The notes under the pieces were generated by a model. The model had not been told where the DNA came from. It was given only the letters and a program-made list of their open reading frames with translations, and did no database searches. A program made the translations under genes and the position numbers. This document shows positions 48,186 to 57,767 of a stretch of DNA of 64,000 nucleotides, one piece after another; positions within the stretch are counted from its first letter, which is position 1; the number at the start of each line of letters is the position of its first letter. Source of the stretch: Candidatus Eiseniibacteriota bacterium (lineage in GTDB: Bacteria > Eisenbacteria > RBG-16-71-46); NCBI GenBank assembly GCA_963744995.1, contig CAVUWA010000003.1:64001-128000 (forward strand), given 5' to 3'.

Positions 48186-49157
48186 ATGCGCATCTCGACC
48201 TTCCTTCCCCACGTCGGCGTGTACGGCGGCGTGCGGCGCTTCATCGAGCTCGGCAACGCCTGGGTGGCCCGCGGCCACGAGGTGACGCTGCATCACCCGG
48301 ACGGCACGCCGCCCGCCTGGCTGCCCTGGGCAGGCCGCACCGCCACGCTCGAGGCAGCGGCCCGCACGCGGGCGGATATCGCCTTCTGCGCCGATCCGCA
48401 CACGCTGCCGGCCTTTCTCGAAGCACCCGCCGAGCGGCGCGTCTACTACTGCGTGATCGAAAAGGATCCGGGCGTCGCGCGCGCCATCGCCGCCGGCGCC
48501 GGCCTGGCGGCCAACTCGTCCCCGCTGCGCCGCAGGCTCGCGCGCCGGCATCGCGTGCCGGTGCTGGACGGCATCGGCGGGCTCGACCCGCGGCGGTTCC
48601 ACCCCGACCCGTCCCGCCGTCCCGTGGACCGGTTGCGCCTGGTCCTTAACGGCCGCCGGGCGCGGCCCAAGAAGGGCACCGACCTGATTCTCGCCGCGCT
48701 CGCCGGGCTGCCGCGTGCCGGCCCCGCGCTCGAGATCGTGCTGTTCGACCACGTCCCGCCCGGCGAGCGCGACCCGCGCGAGGGTGCGAAGCTTCCCGCG
48801 AACGCCCGCTACGTCCTCAACCCGACCCAGGCGGGACTGGCCGAGCTCTATCAGTCCGCGCACGTGTTCGTCGCCGCCGAACGCAAGGCCGGCTGGTGCA
48901 ACACGGCGCTCGAAGCCATGGCGAGCGGCGCCGCGGTGGCGTGCACCCGCAGCGGCACGACCGACTTCGCCGACGATGAGCGCACGGCCCTGGTGGTGCC
49001 CGTGCGGCATCCGTGGTTCCTGCGCGCTGCGATCCGCCGGCTGATCACGGACGCCTCGCTGCGCGAGCGGCTCGGCGCCGCGGGCGCGGCCGAAGCCCCG
49101 CGCTGGTCGTGGGACGGCCTGGCGGAAAAGCTGCTCGGTCAGATCCGCGCGCGCTGA
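48186..49157 (+). CDS. Family 4 glycosyltransferase
   Basis: YGGVRR, RGHEV, KKGTD, LEAMASG; typical GT-B C-terminus. Confidence 0.88.
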   Translation: MRISTFLPHVGVYGGVRRFIELGNAWVARGHEVTLHHPDGTPPAWLPWAGRTATLEAAARTRADIAFCADPHTLPAFLEAPAERRVYYCVIEKDPGVARAIAAGAGLAANSSPLRRRLARRHRVPVLDGIGGLDPRRFHPDPSRRPVDRLRLVLNGRRARPKKGTDLILAALAGLPRAGPALEIVLFDHVPPGERDPREGAKLPANARYVLNPTQAGLAELYQSAHVFVAAERKAGWCNTALEAMASGAAVACTRSGTTDFADDERTALVVPVRHPWFLRAAIRRLITDASLRERLGAAGAAEAPRWSWDGLAEKLLGQIRAR

Positions 49158-49276
49158 CGCCTCGTCCGCGCTGCCGCACGCGGATGGCGCGCCCGCGCCG
49201 ATCGGGCCGGGGCCGGAAACGAAATGCGCGCCGCGGATGCCGCGGCGCGGCTGGCACGCGGGCTCCCGAACGGACC

Positions 49277-49723
49277 CTAGCGTTCCGGCAGGTAGCCCGA
49301 CTTCTCGGGACCGACCAGGAGCTCTTCCTTGGTGTAGATGAATGCGTCGCGCTGGTAGTCCGAGAGCTCGTAGTTCTTCTCGAGGTAGATGGCGTCCTCG
49401 GGACAGGCTTCCTCGCACATGCCGCAGAAGATGCAGCGCAACATGTTGATCTCGTAGCGCTGGGCGAAGCGTTCGCCGTGGGAGCGCGGCTGCTCGGCGT
49501 CGTTCTCGGCCGCCTTGACGAAGATCGCATCGGCCGGGCAGGCGACGGCGCAGAGCTCGCAGCCGACACAGCGCTCGAGGCCGTCCTCGTGGCGCGTGAG
49601 GATGTGCAGCCCGCGGAACCGCGGGAACATCTGCAGCTTCTCGTTCGGGTATTTGACCGTGAACGGCTTCTTGAACAGGTTCTCGAACGTGATTCCGAGA
49701 CCCGTTGCGAGTTCCTTCAGCAT
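49277..49723 (-). CDS. nuoI: NADH-quinone oxidoreductase subunit I
   Basis: TVKYP.EK, RFRG.H, CVGCELCAVACP, INMLRCIFCGMCEEACP (two 4Fe-4S clusters). Confidence 0.95.
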   Translation of the reverse strand: MLKELATGLGITFENLFKKPFTVKYPNEKLQMFPRFRGLHILTRHEDGLERCVGCELCAVACPADAIFVKAAENDAEQPRSHGERFAQRYEINMLRCIFCGMCEEACPEDAIYLEKNYELSDYQRDAFIYTKEELLVGPEKSGYLPER

Positions 49724-49802
49724 CCCTTGCACTCCATCCCGTGGGGGTCGTAGAAGGCGGCAGAATAGCGGCCCGGCCGCGGTCCCTGCAAGCTGCCGGC
49801 GG

Positions 49803-50357
49803 CTACATCCGCGGCAGCGTGATCCCGCGCTGCGCCTGGTACTTGCCGGCCCTGTCGCGGTACGACGTCTCACACGGCTCGTCGCTCTCGAAGAACAGCA
49901 CCTGGGCGATGCCTTCGTTGGCGTAGATCTTCGCCGGCAACGGCGTCGTGTTGCTGATCTCCAGCGTCACCTGACCCTCCCACTCGGGCTCGAACGGGGT
50001 CACGTTGGTGATGATCCCGCAGCGCGCGTAGGTGCTCTTGCCGACGCAGATGGTCAGCACGTTGCGCGGGATGCGGAAGTATTCGACGGTGCGCCCGAGT
50101 GCGAAAGAGTTGGGCGGGATGATCGCGATCGGCCCCTTGAAGTCGACCATCGAGTCCGGATCGACCTTCTTCGGGTCCACGATCGTCGAGTTCACGTTCG
50201 TGAAGATCTTGAACTCGTCGGCGATCCGCACGTCGTAGCCGTAGGACGAGACGCCGTATGACACGACGTCCTGCCTGACCTGCTTCTCTTCGAACGGCTC
50301 GATCATCCTGTGCTCCACGCACATCCTGCGAATCCAGTGATCCGGCTTGATGGACAT
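49803..50357 (-). CDS. dcd: dCTP deaminase
   Basis: [49 protein letters not shown]. Confidence 0.97.
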   Translation of the reverse strand: MSIKPDHWIRRMCVEHRMIEPFEEKQVRQDVVSYGVSSYGYDVRIADEFKIFTNVNSTIVDPKKVDPDSMVDFKGPIAIIPPNSFALGRTVEYFRIPRNVLTICVGKSTYARCGIITNVTPFEPEWEGQVTLEISNTTPLPAKIYANEGIAQVLFFESDEPCETSYRDRAGKYQAQRGITLPRM

Positions 50358-50359
50358 GT

Positions 50360-50911
50360 CTACTCCCGGGTGGGGAAACGGCCCAGCGCGAGCAGGGCGT
50401 GAACGAGTTCGGGAACGATCAGGCGGCGCATCGCCAGGTCCACCGCGCGCGTGGAACCCGGCAGCATGAACACGAGGCGACCGCGGGCGACGGCCGCTCC
50501 GGCACGGGACATCCACGCCGCCGAGCCGACCTGGTCGAGCGACAGCACGCGGAACGATTCGCCGAAACCGGGCAGCCAGCGTTCGACCATGGGCGTCAGC
50601 GCTTCGGGCGTGCGGTCACGCGGCGCGAGACCCGTGCCGCCCGTGAGCAGCACGACGTCGACGTCGGTGCGCGCGAAAGCGGCCCGCAGGGCGCGCCGGA
50701 TGGCCGGCGGCTCGTCGCTCACCCAGGCGCGCGCGGCCACGACGTGGCCGGCACGCTCGAGCAGCGTGACGATGCGCTGGCCGCTGGCGTCTGCGGCGCC
50801 GCGCCGGGAGTCGCTGACGGTGATCACGGCGCAGACCGCCGGACGCGGACCGCGGCGGGCGGCGGCGTGCACGCCCTGGCGCCGGCCGCCCGCACGCTTC
50901 AGGCGGCCCAT
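50360..50911 (-). CDS. moaB: MoaB/MogA molybdenum cofactor biosynthesis protein
   Basis: [39 protein letters not shown]. Start uncertain. Confidence 0.9.
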   Translation of the reverse strand: MGRLKRAGGRRQGVHAAARRGPRPAVCAVITVSDSRRGAADASGQRIVTLLERAGHVVAARAWVSDEPPAIRRALRAAFARTDVDVVLLTGGTGLAPRDRTPEALTPMVERWLPGFGESFRVLSLDQVGSAAWMSRAGAAVARGRLVFMLPGSTRAVDLAMRRLIVPELVHALLALGRFPTRE

Positions 50912-51591
50912 GCCGCCGCCCGTTCGGAGACCCGGCCCGGTTCGATGCCGAAGTGCTCGCGCCACGCCTGCGCTTCGGCGAGCCGGTGTTCGGCCAGCTC
51001 CTCGAGCGGCGGCTCCCATTCGCCGGCCCCGCGCGGCAGCGCCGGCCCCGCGGCGGCAGCGAGTGCGGCGATCTCGGCCAGGGTGAGCGCCTCTTCCCCG
51101 GCCAGCTCGTACCAGCCCTCCCATGCCGCTCGATCGGTGAGCGCCAGGTCGAGCGTCTCGACGACGTCCGTCTCGCAGACCGGGTTCAGCAGCTGGCGGC
51201 CGCCGCGCGGCAGCCGCGGCCGTGAGCGCAGGCGCAGCCAGAACGGACTCGCGGGCCCGACCAGCGGCGCGAGGCGCACGGTCAGGGCCGGAATGCCGCT
51301 GCCGCGCGCGCGCTCCTCGAGTTCCCACATGCGCTTGAGCCGTCCGGCGCGGGCGTCCGGATGTGCACCGATCAGGCTCACGATCAGCACGCGCGCGCCC
51401 GGCGCGGTGCGCCAGGCACCGAGCAGCACGCCGAGCGCCATCGGCTCCAGGTCCACGCCGGGTCCGAGGACCAGCGTGGCACGCCCTTCCGGGCGCGCGG
51501 CAGCCGCCGGGCGCACGTCGTGCCCGCGCTCCGCCAGCGCCGCGATCAGGCGTGCCACCGGCGGATGGGGTGCACCGAACGCGTGGATCAC
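50899..51591 (-). CDS. Degenerate atypical SDR / NDUFA9-like Rossmann protein
   Basis: LAERGHDV, VSLIGA, LEERARGSGIPALTVR, LNPVCETDV, YELAGEEALT; glycine-rich NAD(P) motif eroded; GGAGG before the GTG. Confidence 0.7.
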   Translation of the reverse strand: MIHAFGAPHPPVARLIAALAERGHDVRPAAAARPEGRATLVLGPGVDLEPMALGVLLGAWRTAPGARVLIVSLIGAHPDARAGRLKRMWELEERARGSGIPALTVRLAPLVGPASPFWLRLRSRPRLPRGGRQLLNPVCETDVVETLDLALTDRAAWEGWYELAGEEALTLAEIAALAAAAGPALPRGAGEWEPPLEELAEHRLAEAQAWREHFGIEPGRVSERAAAWAA

Positions 51592-51631
51592 GCGGCCTCC
51601 CGGCGCCGCTGCGGGCGAGGGCGGAACGACA

Positions 51632-52183
51632 TCAGTCGAGCGGCCCGGCGTCCGGCACGGCGCGCCCGTAGCCGCGCTCGAGGTAACTGCGGGCGAGGGC
51701 CGTGTAGTGCGCCGCGCCGCGCGCGATCGCCGCGCGATGGGCGTCCGACACCTGGCCGACCACGCGGGCCGGCGCACCCAGCACCAGGCTGCCCGCCGGA
51801 ATCACCTGCCGCTCGCGCACCAGGGCGCCCGCGCCGATCAGCGAGCCGCGGCCGACACGCGCACCGGACAGCACGATCGCGCCCATGCCGACCAGCACGT
51901 CGTCCTCGATCCGGCAGCCGTGGATGATCGCGCGATGACCCACCGTGACACGGGCGCCGAGCACGGCCGGCTCGTCCTCGTCGACGTGCACCATGGTCAG
52001 ATCCTGGAGATTCGTCTGCGCGCCGATCTCGATCGGCGCGGTGTCGCCGCGCACGACGGTGTTGAACCATACGCTCGCCCCGTCGGCGATGGACACGTCG
52101 CCCACGACGATCGCCCCGGGCGCGACGAACACGCCGGGCGCGATGCGGATCCGCGAGGCCCACGCGGCCGGGTCGTGACTCAC
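51632..52183 (-). CDS. Gamma-class carbonic anhydrase family (YrdA/PaaY-like left-handed beta-helix)
   Basis: GDVSI, SVWFNTVVRGD, NLQD..MVH, TVGHRAIIHGC (three His), GAPAR. Confidence 0.93.
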   Translation of the reverse strand: MSHDPAAWASRIRIAPGVFVAPGAIVVGDVSIADGASVWFNTVVRGDTAPIEIGAQTNLQDLTMVHVDEDEPAVLGARVTVGHRAIIHGCRIEDDVLVGMGAIVLSGARVGRGSLIGAGALVRERQVIPAGSLVLGAPARVVGQVSDAHRAAIARGAAHYTALARSYLERGYGRAVPDAGPLD

Positions 52184-52824
52184 GCCAGTCTCGAGACTTC
52201 GCCGACGAACGGATTGTGCAGGCGTTCGTGGCCGATCGTGGTCGGCGGCCCGTGGCCCGGAAACACCTCGGTGTCGTCGGGCAGCGGGAACAGGCGACCG
52301 CGAATCGATGCTTCGAGCGTCTTGAACGAGCCACCCGGCAGATCGGTGCGTCCGATCGACCCGGCGAAGAGCACGTCGCCGTCCCACAGCCGGCCTTCGG
52401 CGAGGAAACACACGCTGCCCGGCGAATGGCCGGGCGCGTGGATGACCTCTAGCATGGAATCGCCGAGCGGCAGCTTCATGCCGTGGGCGAGATCATGGAT
52501 CACCTCGGGGCCTTCGGCGGGCGGCAGCCCGAACATCGCGCCCTGCTGGGTCAGGGCGTCCAGCAGCGGGCGGTCGTCCGGATGCAGGTAGTAATCTCCC
52601 CCCAGCGCCTGCTGCGCCTCGCGCATCCCGGCGGCGTGGTCGTAATGCGCGTGGGTATTGAGCAGGTAGCGCACGTCGAGGCCGGCATCCCGCACCTCCG
52701 CGATCACCGTCTGCGGCTCGAACGCCACGTCCAGTACCGCGGCCTGACGCGTGCCGGCGCACACGAGGACGTACACGTTGTTGTCGAACGGGCCCAGATG
52801 CAGGATGCGGTGGAGGAGCGCCAT
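52180..52824 (-). CDS. MBL-fold metallo-hydrolase (glyoxalase II-like)
   Basis: THAHYDH, PGHSPG, GDVLF, GRTDLPGG, PGHG. Confidence 0.93.
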   Translation of the reverse strand: MALLHRILHLGPFDNNVYVLVCAGTRQAAVLDVAFEPQTVIAEVRDAGLDVRYLLNTHAHYDHAAGMREAQQALGGDYYLHPDDRPLLDALTQQGAMFGLPPAEGPEVIHDLAHGMKLPLGDSMLEVIHAPGHSPGSVCFLAEGRLWDGDVLFAGSIGRTDLPGGSFKTLEASIRGRLFPLPDDTEVFPGHGPPTTIGHERLHNPFVGEVSRLA

Positions 52825-52825
52825 G

Positions 52826-53974
52826 TCAGATCACGTTCGCCTCGACCAGCGCCGCCTGCTCGGCGAAGCGTTCGAGGCGCAGGTCGTAGAGATCGATGCT
52901 CGGGCGACCGTCGACGATCCACTCCGCGATCAGCTGGCCGACCGCCGGCGCGTGCATGAGCCCGTGGCCGCTGAATCCGTTCGCCAGCATCAGCCCCTCC
53001 CAGCCGGCGGGCGGACCGAGCACCGCGTTGTGGTCCGGCGTCGTTTCGTAGAGCCCCGCCCACGCGTTCGATACCTCGGCACTCTCGAGCGCGGGAATGC
53101 GATGCATGGCCGGCTCGACAACGCGTTCCAGCAGTTCCCAGTTCACCGCGGTATCGAAGCCGGCGGGCTCCTCGGGATTGGCGAGGCCGAGCAGTATGCC
53201 GCCGCTCTCGCGGTGCATGTACACGCCCGACTTCATGTCCACGATCATCGGCAGATCGTCGGTGACGAACGGCAGCGGCTCCGTGGTGAAGCAGTGACGG
53301 CGCACCGGTTGCACCGGAACGTCGATGCCGGTCCACTCGCTCATCCGGCCCGCCCAGGCACCCATCGCATTCACCACCATCGAGGTATGGATCACGCCCT
53401 TCGCGGTGCGCACCCCGGTGACGTGCGAGCCGTCGCGCTCGAGCCCGGTCACGGGCTCCGCGAAGCGGAACGTCGCGCCATGCTCCCGCGCGCGGGCGAC
53501 ATAGGCCTGCGTGATCTCGTGCGGATTGCAGAGTCCGTCGGTCGGGCAGAACGTGGCGCCGAGCACGTCGTCCACGTTCAGCGCCGGGACGAGCTCGCGC
53601 GCCTCGGCGGCGCTGAACGTCTTCACGTCGAGGCCCAGATCCCGCTGCATGTCGACCTGCGCCTGGAACGTGCGCCAGGCGTTCTCGCTGGAAAGCAGGA
53701 ACAGGTAGCCGACCTGGAAGAACACCGGATCACAGCCCATCTCCTCGGCGAACCGCCGGTAGTGCTCGACGGCGAGCATGGACATGCGCACGTTGATCGG
53801 CGTCGAGAATTGGGCGCGCACCCCGCCCGCCGCCTTCGACGTCGAGCCGGCGCCTGCGAACGGCTCCTGCTCGAGCACGACGACGCCCTTCACCCCCGCG
53901 AGCCCCAACCTGTAGGCGATCGCGGCCCCGATGCATCCCGCGCCGATCACCACGACGGGCGCGTTCTCGCTCAC
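52826..53974 (-). CDS. FAD-dependent oxidoreductase, sarcosine oxidase beta / DAAO family
   Basis: IGAGCIG, GSTSKAAGGVRAQF, VNAMGAWA, WAGLYETTPDH, GFSGHG.M.AP.VG. Confidence 0.92.
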   Translation of the reverse strand: MSENAPVVVIGAGCIGAAIAYRLGLAGVKGVVVLEQEPFAGAGSTSKAAGGVRAQFSTPINVRMSMLAVEHYRRFAEEMGCDPVFFQVGYLFLLSSENAWRTFQAQVDMQRDLGLDVKTFSAAEARELVPALNVDDVLGATFCPTDGLCNPHEITQAYVARAREHGATFRFAEPVTGLERDGSHVTGVRTAKGVIHTSMVVNAMGAWAGRMSEWTGIDVPVQPVRRHCFTTEPLPFVTDDLPMIVDMKSGVYMHRESGGILLGLANPEEPAGFDTAVNWELLERVVEPAMHRIPALESAEVSNAWAGLYETTPDHNAVLGPPAGWEGLMLANGFSGHGLMHAPAVGQLIAEWIVDGRPSIDLYDLRLERFAEQAALVEANVI

Positions 53975-54843
53975 GGCAGCCTCCGATAGAAGCGCTGCAG
54001 CCGCAGCGCGTCGTCTTCCTGCAGCGGGCTCTCGCAGATCACCCAGCCGGACACGCCGGCGTCGCGGAGCGCGCGCAGAACCTCTCTGTATGCGAAACGC
54101 GAGCGTACGAGCGGCTGATGCCGCCGCTCGCCCGCAGGACCATAATCGATTCCCGACATGTGTACATGCAACCGCGCCAGGGCTGCGGATCCGAGTCGTG
54201 CACGGATCGCATCGAGCATGGCTCGGTAGCCATCATAGCCGTTGTCGCGGCCGCCCGTGCGCGCGTAATGGTGCGCGAAGTCGACGCACGGCTGCAGGCC
54301 GGCGATGGCCTCGCACCAGTCGAGGATCTCCTCCAGGGTGCCCGGTTGCGAAGCCCGCCCCGTGAGCTCCGGGCGCAGGTCCACGTGCAGGCCCTGACGC
54401 TCGAGCGTCCGTCGGATCGAGGCGAGTGCGCGTCGCACCCGGCGCCCGGCCGCCGCCGGCGTCTGCGTGCCGTAGAAGCCGGCATGGAAGCAGACGCTTT
54501 GCGCGCCGCAGCGCACCGCCTGACGACAGGTTTCGACCAGGCGCGTGCGGCTGCGTGCGGCGACGTCAGCGGCGCCGCAGAGGTTCACGTAGTAGGGCGC
54601 GTGGGCCGTGAGGGCCACGTCATCGGCCCGCGCCGCCGCAGCGATCCGCGCCGCGGTCGCCTCGCTCATTCGTACCCCGTGGACCCAGGCCATCTCGAGG
54701 CAGCCCAGGCCCAACTCGCGGATCCGGCGAATGCCGTTGACCGTGCCGGCACCCGCCGACCGTGGCACGCCCGCCGTGCCGAAGCGCAGGGCCTGCCGCG
54801 CTGGATCAGAACGCCTGCTTCGAGCCAAACGACACCACCGCAT
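53971..54843 (-). CDS. Endonuclease IV-like TIM-barrel nuclease (archaeal-type)
   Basis: RFGTAGVP, AHAPYYVNL, FHAGFY, PELTG..SQ.G.LEE, DFAH.YAR, H.SGI.YG..GERRH, ICESP. Start uncertain. Confidence 0.85.
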   Translation of the reverse strand: MRWCRLARSRRSDPARQALRFGTAGVPRSAGAGTVNGIRRIRELGLGCLEMAWVHGVRMSEATAARIAAAARADDVALTAHAPYYVNLCGAADVAARSRTRLVETCRQAVRCGAQSVCFHAGFYGTQTPAAAGRRVRRALASIRRTLERQGLHVDLRPELTGRASQPGTLEEILDWCEAIAGLQPCVDFAHHYARTGGRDNGYDGYRAMLDAIRARLGSAALARLHVHMSGIDYGPAGERRHQPLVRSRFAYREVLRALRDAGVSGWVICESPLQEDDALRLQRFYRRLP

Positions 54844-56443
54844 CCCTGCGCCCGTCGCGGGTCGGTTCGATCGGCCAGGCCACGTCGATGCGCAGGATCT
54901 GCGACGGTGCGAGCCGGGCCAGCGACATGCGCAAGCCGATGCCGAGGCTGTGAAACCACTCCGATCCACCCGAGCCCGGCCCCCACGCCCTCGCGCTGTC
55001 GTAGAACCCGGCGAACCCGACACGCAGCTGATCGCCGATGTCCTGCGGCAGGGTCCAGCGGTCCTCGGCGTTGAAGCGCCACGCGCGCCGGCCGGCCAGC
55101 GCGTGAACCGAATACGCCCGCAACCCGTTCAGCCCTCCGAACACGACCTGGAAGTCGCGCGGGACGCGGGTGCCCTCGACGCCCAGCACCGACAGCACCG
55201 TGGCATGGCGCGGTGCCCACTGGCTGGTCCAGCGCGCATCGAGGCGCCGGACGACCTCGACCGGCGTGCTGCGCACGCGCCCCTCCATGGAGATCTTCAC
55301 CCGGCCGAAGCCGAGCGCGTTGCGCGCCCCGGCATCGAGCCCGAAGCGGACGTACGCCTCGTCGGCGGTGCCGCCGAGGAACTTCGGCGAAACGCCCAGC
55401 TCGATTTCGGCCGCCTGGCCGACGTCGAAGTCCTCGACCGTGCCCATCTCCTCGATGAACGAGCGCCGGATGTAATCCGGACGCCACAGGGCGAGGGTGC
55501 CGGACAGGCGGCGGATGCGCAGGTTGTCCTCTTCGCCGGCGAAGTCGGCGGGGGCGCCCGGCGTGACGCTCGACGGGCCGAGACGGCGATTGAAGAGCCG
55601 GAAAGAGCCCGTCACGCGGCGCACGATCCCGTCCAGCTCGCCCCCGTGACCGGCCGTGAGCTCGAGGGTCTCGATCCGGCGGTCGAAGCGCGCCACTTCG
55701 CTGCCGCGCTCGAACAGGTGCGCGACCGAGGTAATGCGCGTGCCCTCGAGGAGCGACGTGGCCGGCGCGTCCAGAGCCCAGAAGGGCACGCCGAAGGTGA
55801 ACTCGTTGCTGGCGCCGTCCGCGCCCGTCGCCCCGCCGACGCGCAGCAGCGTGCGCCCGCCCCCCACCGCCGGGTCGTTGAAGAAGATACCGCGCGAGAT
55901 CCCGGTCGGGTCCTCCGTGTAGCCTGCCGAGAGCTCCTTGCCGAAACCCAGCAGATTGCGCTCGGTGAACGAGAACGCGCCGTAGGTCTGGCCGCCGCCG
56001 CGCTCGATGTTGAAGTCCAGCAGCGTGGACCACAGGTCGCGCGTGTCCACGACGATACGCAGGGAGTCGCCGGAGAGGACCGGCTCGATGCGCTCCGGCT
56101 GCAGGAACTGCAGGCGGCGCAGATTGCGCGCCGTCTCCTCGCCGACGTCCGGATCCCACGCGTCACCCTCGCTGAACAGCAGGTGACTGCGCACGGTGGC
56201 GGGGCGCGTCGGAACGTGAAGGTGGTTCGCGATCCGGAGCAGCGGCGCGCCGAGGCTGCCGGGGCTGGGATCGAAGATGTTGCGCGTGTGGATCTCGATG
56301 ACGTCGATCCGGTGGCCTTCGTATCGATCCGACACGGTCGGCGGCATGAGCGAGTCCGCCGCGGCGGAGGATCCCGCTGCGGCGGCTCGAGTCGGAAACG
56401 TGAGAAGGAAACTAGCGGCGGCGAGCCGTACCCAGGCGTTCAC
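54806..56443 (-). CDS. Omp85 (BamA/TamA-like) outer membrane protein with a single POTRA-like domain
   Basis: Signal peptide, ETARNLR, DTRDLW, ERNLLGFG, GLRAY, GIGLR, RIDVAWP, C-terminal Phe. Confidence 0.85.
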   Translation of the reverse strand: MNAWVRLAAASFLLTFPTRAAAAGSSAAADSLMPPTVSDRYEGHRIDVIEIHTRNIFDPSPGSLGAPLLRIANHLHVPTRPATVRSHLLFSEGDAWDPDVGEETARNLRRLQFLQPERIEPVLSGDSLRIVVDTRDLWSTLLDFNIERGGGQTYGAFSFTERNLLGFGKELSAGYTEDPTGISRGIFFNDPAVGGGRTLLRVGGATGADGASNEFTFGVPFWALDAPATSLLEGTRITSVAHLFERGSEVARFDRRIETLELTAGHGGELDGIVRRVTGSFRLFNRRLGPSSVTPGAPADFAGEEDNLRIRRLSGTLALWRPDYIRRSFIEEMGTVEDFDVGQAAEIELGVSPKFLGGTADEAYVRFGLDAGARNALGFGRVKISMEGRVRSTPVEVVRRLDARWTSQWAPRHATVLSVLGVEGTRVPRDFQVVFGGLNGLRAYSVHALAGRRAWRFNAEDRWTLPQDIGDQLRVGFAGFYDSARAWGPGSGGSEWFHSLGIGLRMSLARLAPSQILRIDVAWPIEPTRDGRRDAVVSFGSKQAF

Positions 56444-57143
56444 GGGCCAGCTGGGCCTCTCCGGCGTTGGGGAAGCGTTGCACGAGGTCCTCGAGGGTCT
56501 TGCGGGCGGCGGCCTCCTGCCCCTCCTTCTCCTGGCTCAGCGCCAGCTTGAACAGCGCCGACGGCACTTTGTCGCCCTGCGGCGCCAGGGCCTCGACCAT
56601 CGCGTAGGCGATGGACGCGCTGTCGAACTTCGCCATGGCGAAGAAGCACTCGCCGACACCGTACTGTGCGTTGTCTGCGAGCTCCGAGGTCGGGAACTGA
56701 CGCACGACGTCGCGGAATCCCTGCAGCGCCATCTCGTAACGGCCCTGGGTCAGATCCTGCGCGGCCTGGTCGTACATCTGTGCAGCGTCGGCGCCACCGG
56801 GCAGGACCGGCGCCGCGGTGCGTTCGGATACGCGCTGGAAGCGTCCCATCACCTCGCCGAGTCGGGATTCGAGCCGCTCCATCTGATCCATCATCTCGCG
56901 CGTCGTACTGCCGGTCGCGGCACGGGTGCTGAGCAGGATGTCCTTCTGCTCCTTCACCTCGCGCTGCACGTCGGCGAGCCTCACGTAGGCGAGCGAATCA
57001 CGCACGCGCATCCCGGCGACCTCCATGCGGAGGCTGTCGAGACCGGACTTGATCAGCATCTCCTGCGGGCCCGCGCAGCCGGGCAGGGCGCCACCGGCGG
57101 CGATCAGCAGCAGAACTCCGCCCGCCGTGATCAGCCGGCGCAC
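56412..57143 (-). CDS. cpoB: Tol-Pal system protein CpoB/YbgF (coiled coil + TPR)
   Basis: Lipobox-like LPGC, coiled coil, YDQA, FP.S.LADNAQY, ALFKL; follows pal. Start uncertain (57143 or 57179). Confidence 0.88.
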   Translation of the reverse strand: MRRLITAGGVLLLIAAGGALPGCAGPQEMLIKSGLDSLRMEVAGMRVRDSLAYVRLADVQREVKEQKDILLSTRAATGSTTREMMDQMERLESRLGEVMGRFQRVSERTAAPVLPGGADAAQMYDQAAQDLTQGRYEMALQGFRDVVRQFPTSELADNAQYGVGECFFAMAKFDSASIAYAMVEALAPQGDKVPSALFKLALSQEKEGQEAAARKTLEDLVQRFPNAGEAQLARERLGTARRR

Positions 57144-57229
57144 GGACCGGACGGGTACGGGCCCTGCGGGCCGCCCCATCCGGCGGGCGCGGCCAGCGGC
57201 CGCGCCCGACCGGAAGACGGCGGACGTCG

Positions 57230-57751
57230 TCACCGCAGGACGAAGTGCGCCCGGCGATTCTTGGCCCACGCAGCCTCCGTGTGGCCCGGATCGAAGGGGC
57301 GTTCCTTGCCGTAGGAGATCGTCTGGATGCGCGAGGCGTCGATCCCCGCGTTCACCAGGTAGTCCCGGGCTGCGTTCGCGCGCCGCTCACCGAGCGCCAG
57401 GTTGTACTCGACCGTGCCCCGCTCGTCGCAGTGGCCCTCGATCGTGATCTGGGCGTCGGGGTGATCACGCAGCAGCTTGGCGTCGGCATCGAGTCCGGCA
57501 CGCGCCTCCGGCTTGAGGACCTCGGAATCCAGATCGAAGAACACGTCCTGGAGGTCGGTCTGCGTGAGCGGCGCAGGCGCCGGCGGCTTGGTTTCCTCGG
57601 GCGGTGGCGGCGGTGTCGGCTTCTCCTGCTGCGGCGGCGCAGGCGGCGGCTCCGGCGGCGCCTCGACCGCCTTCTTCGCGCAACCGATCGAGCCGGCGGC
57701 CAGCGCGAGAACAGCCACCAGGACGATGAATCTCGGCTTCAAGGTCTTCAT
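57230..57751 (-). CDS. pal: Peptidoglycan-associated lipoprotein
   Basis: Lipobox [41 protein letters not shown]. Confidence 0.97.
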   Translation of the reverse strand: MKTLKPRFIVLVAVLALAAGSIGCAKKAVEAPPEPPPAPPQQEKPTPPPPPEETKPPAPAPLTQTDLQDVFFDLDSEVLKPEARAGLDADAKLLRDHPDAQITIEGHCDERGTVEYNLALGERRANAARDYLVNAGIDASRIQTISYGKERPFDPGHTEAAWAKNRRAHFVLR

Positions 57752-57767
57752 GGCATCCCTCCCATGC

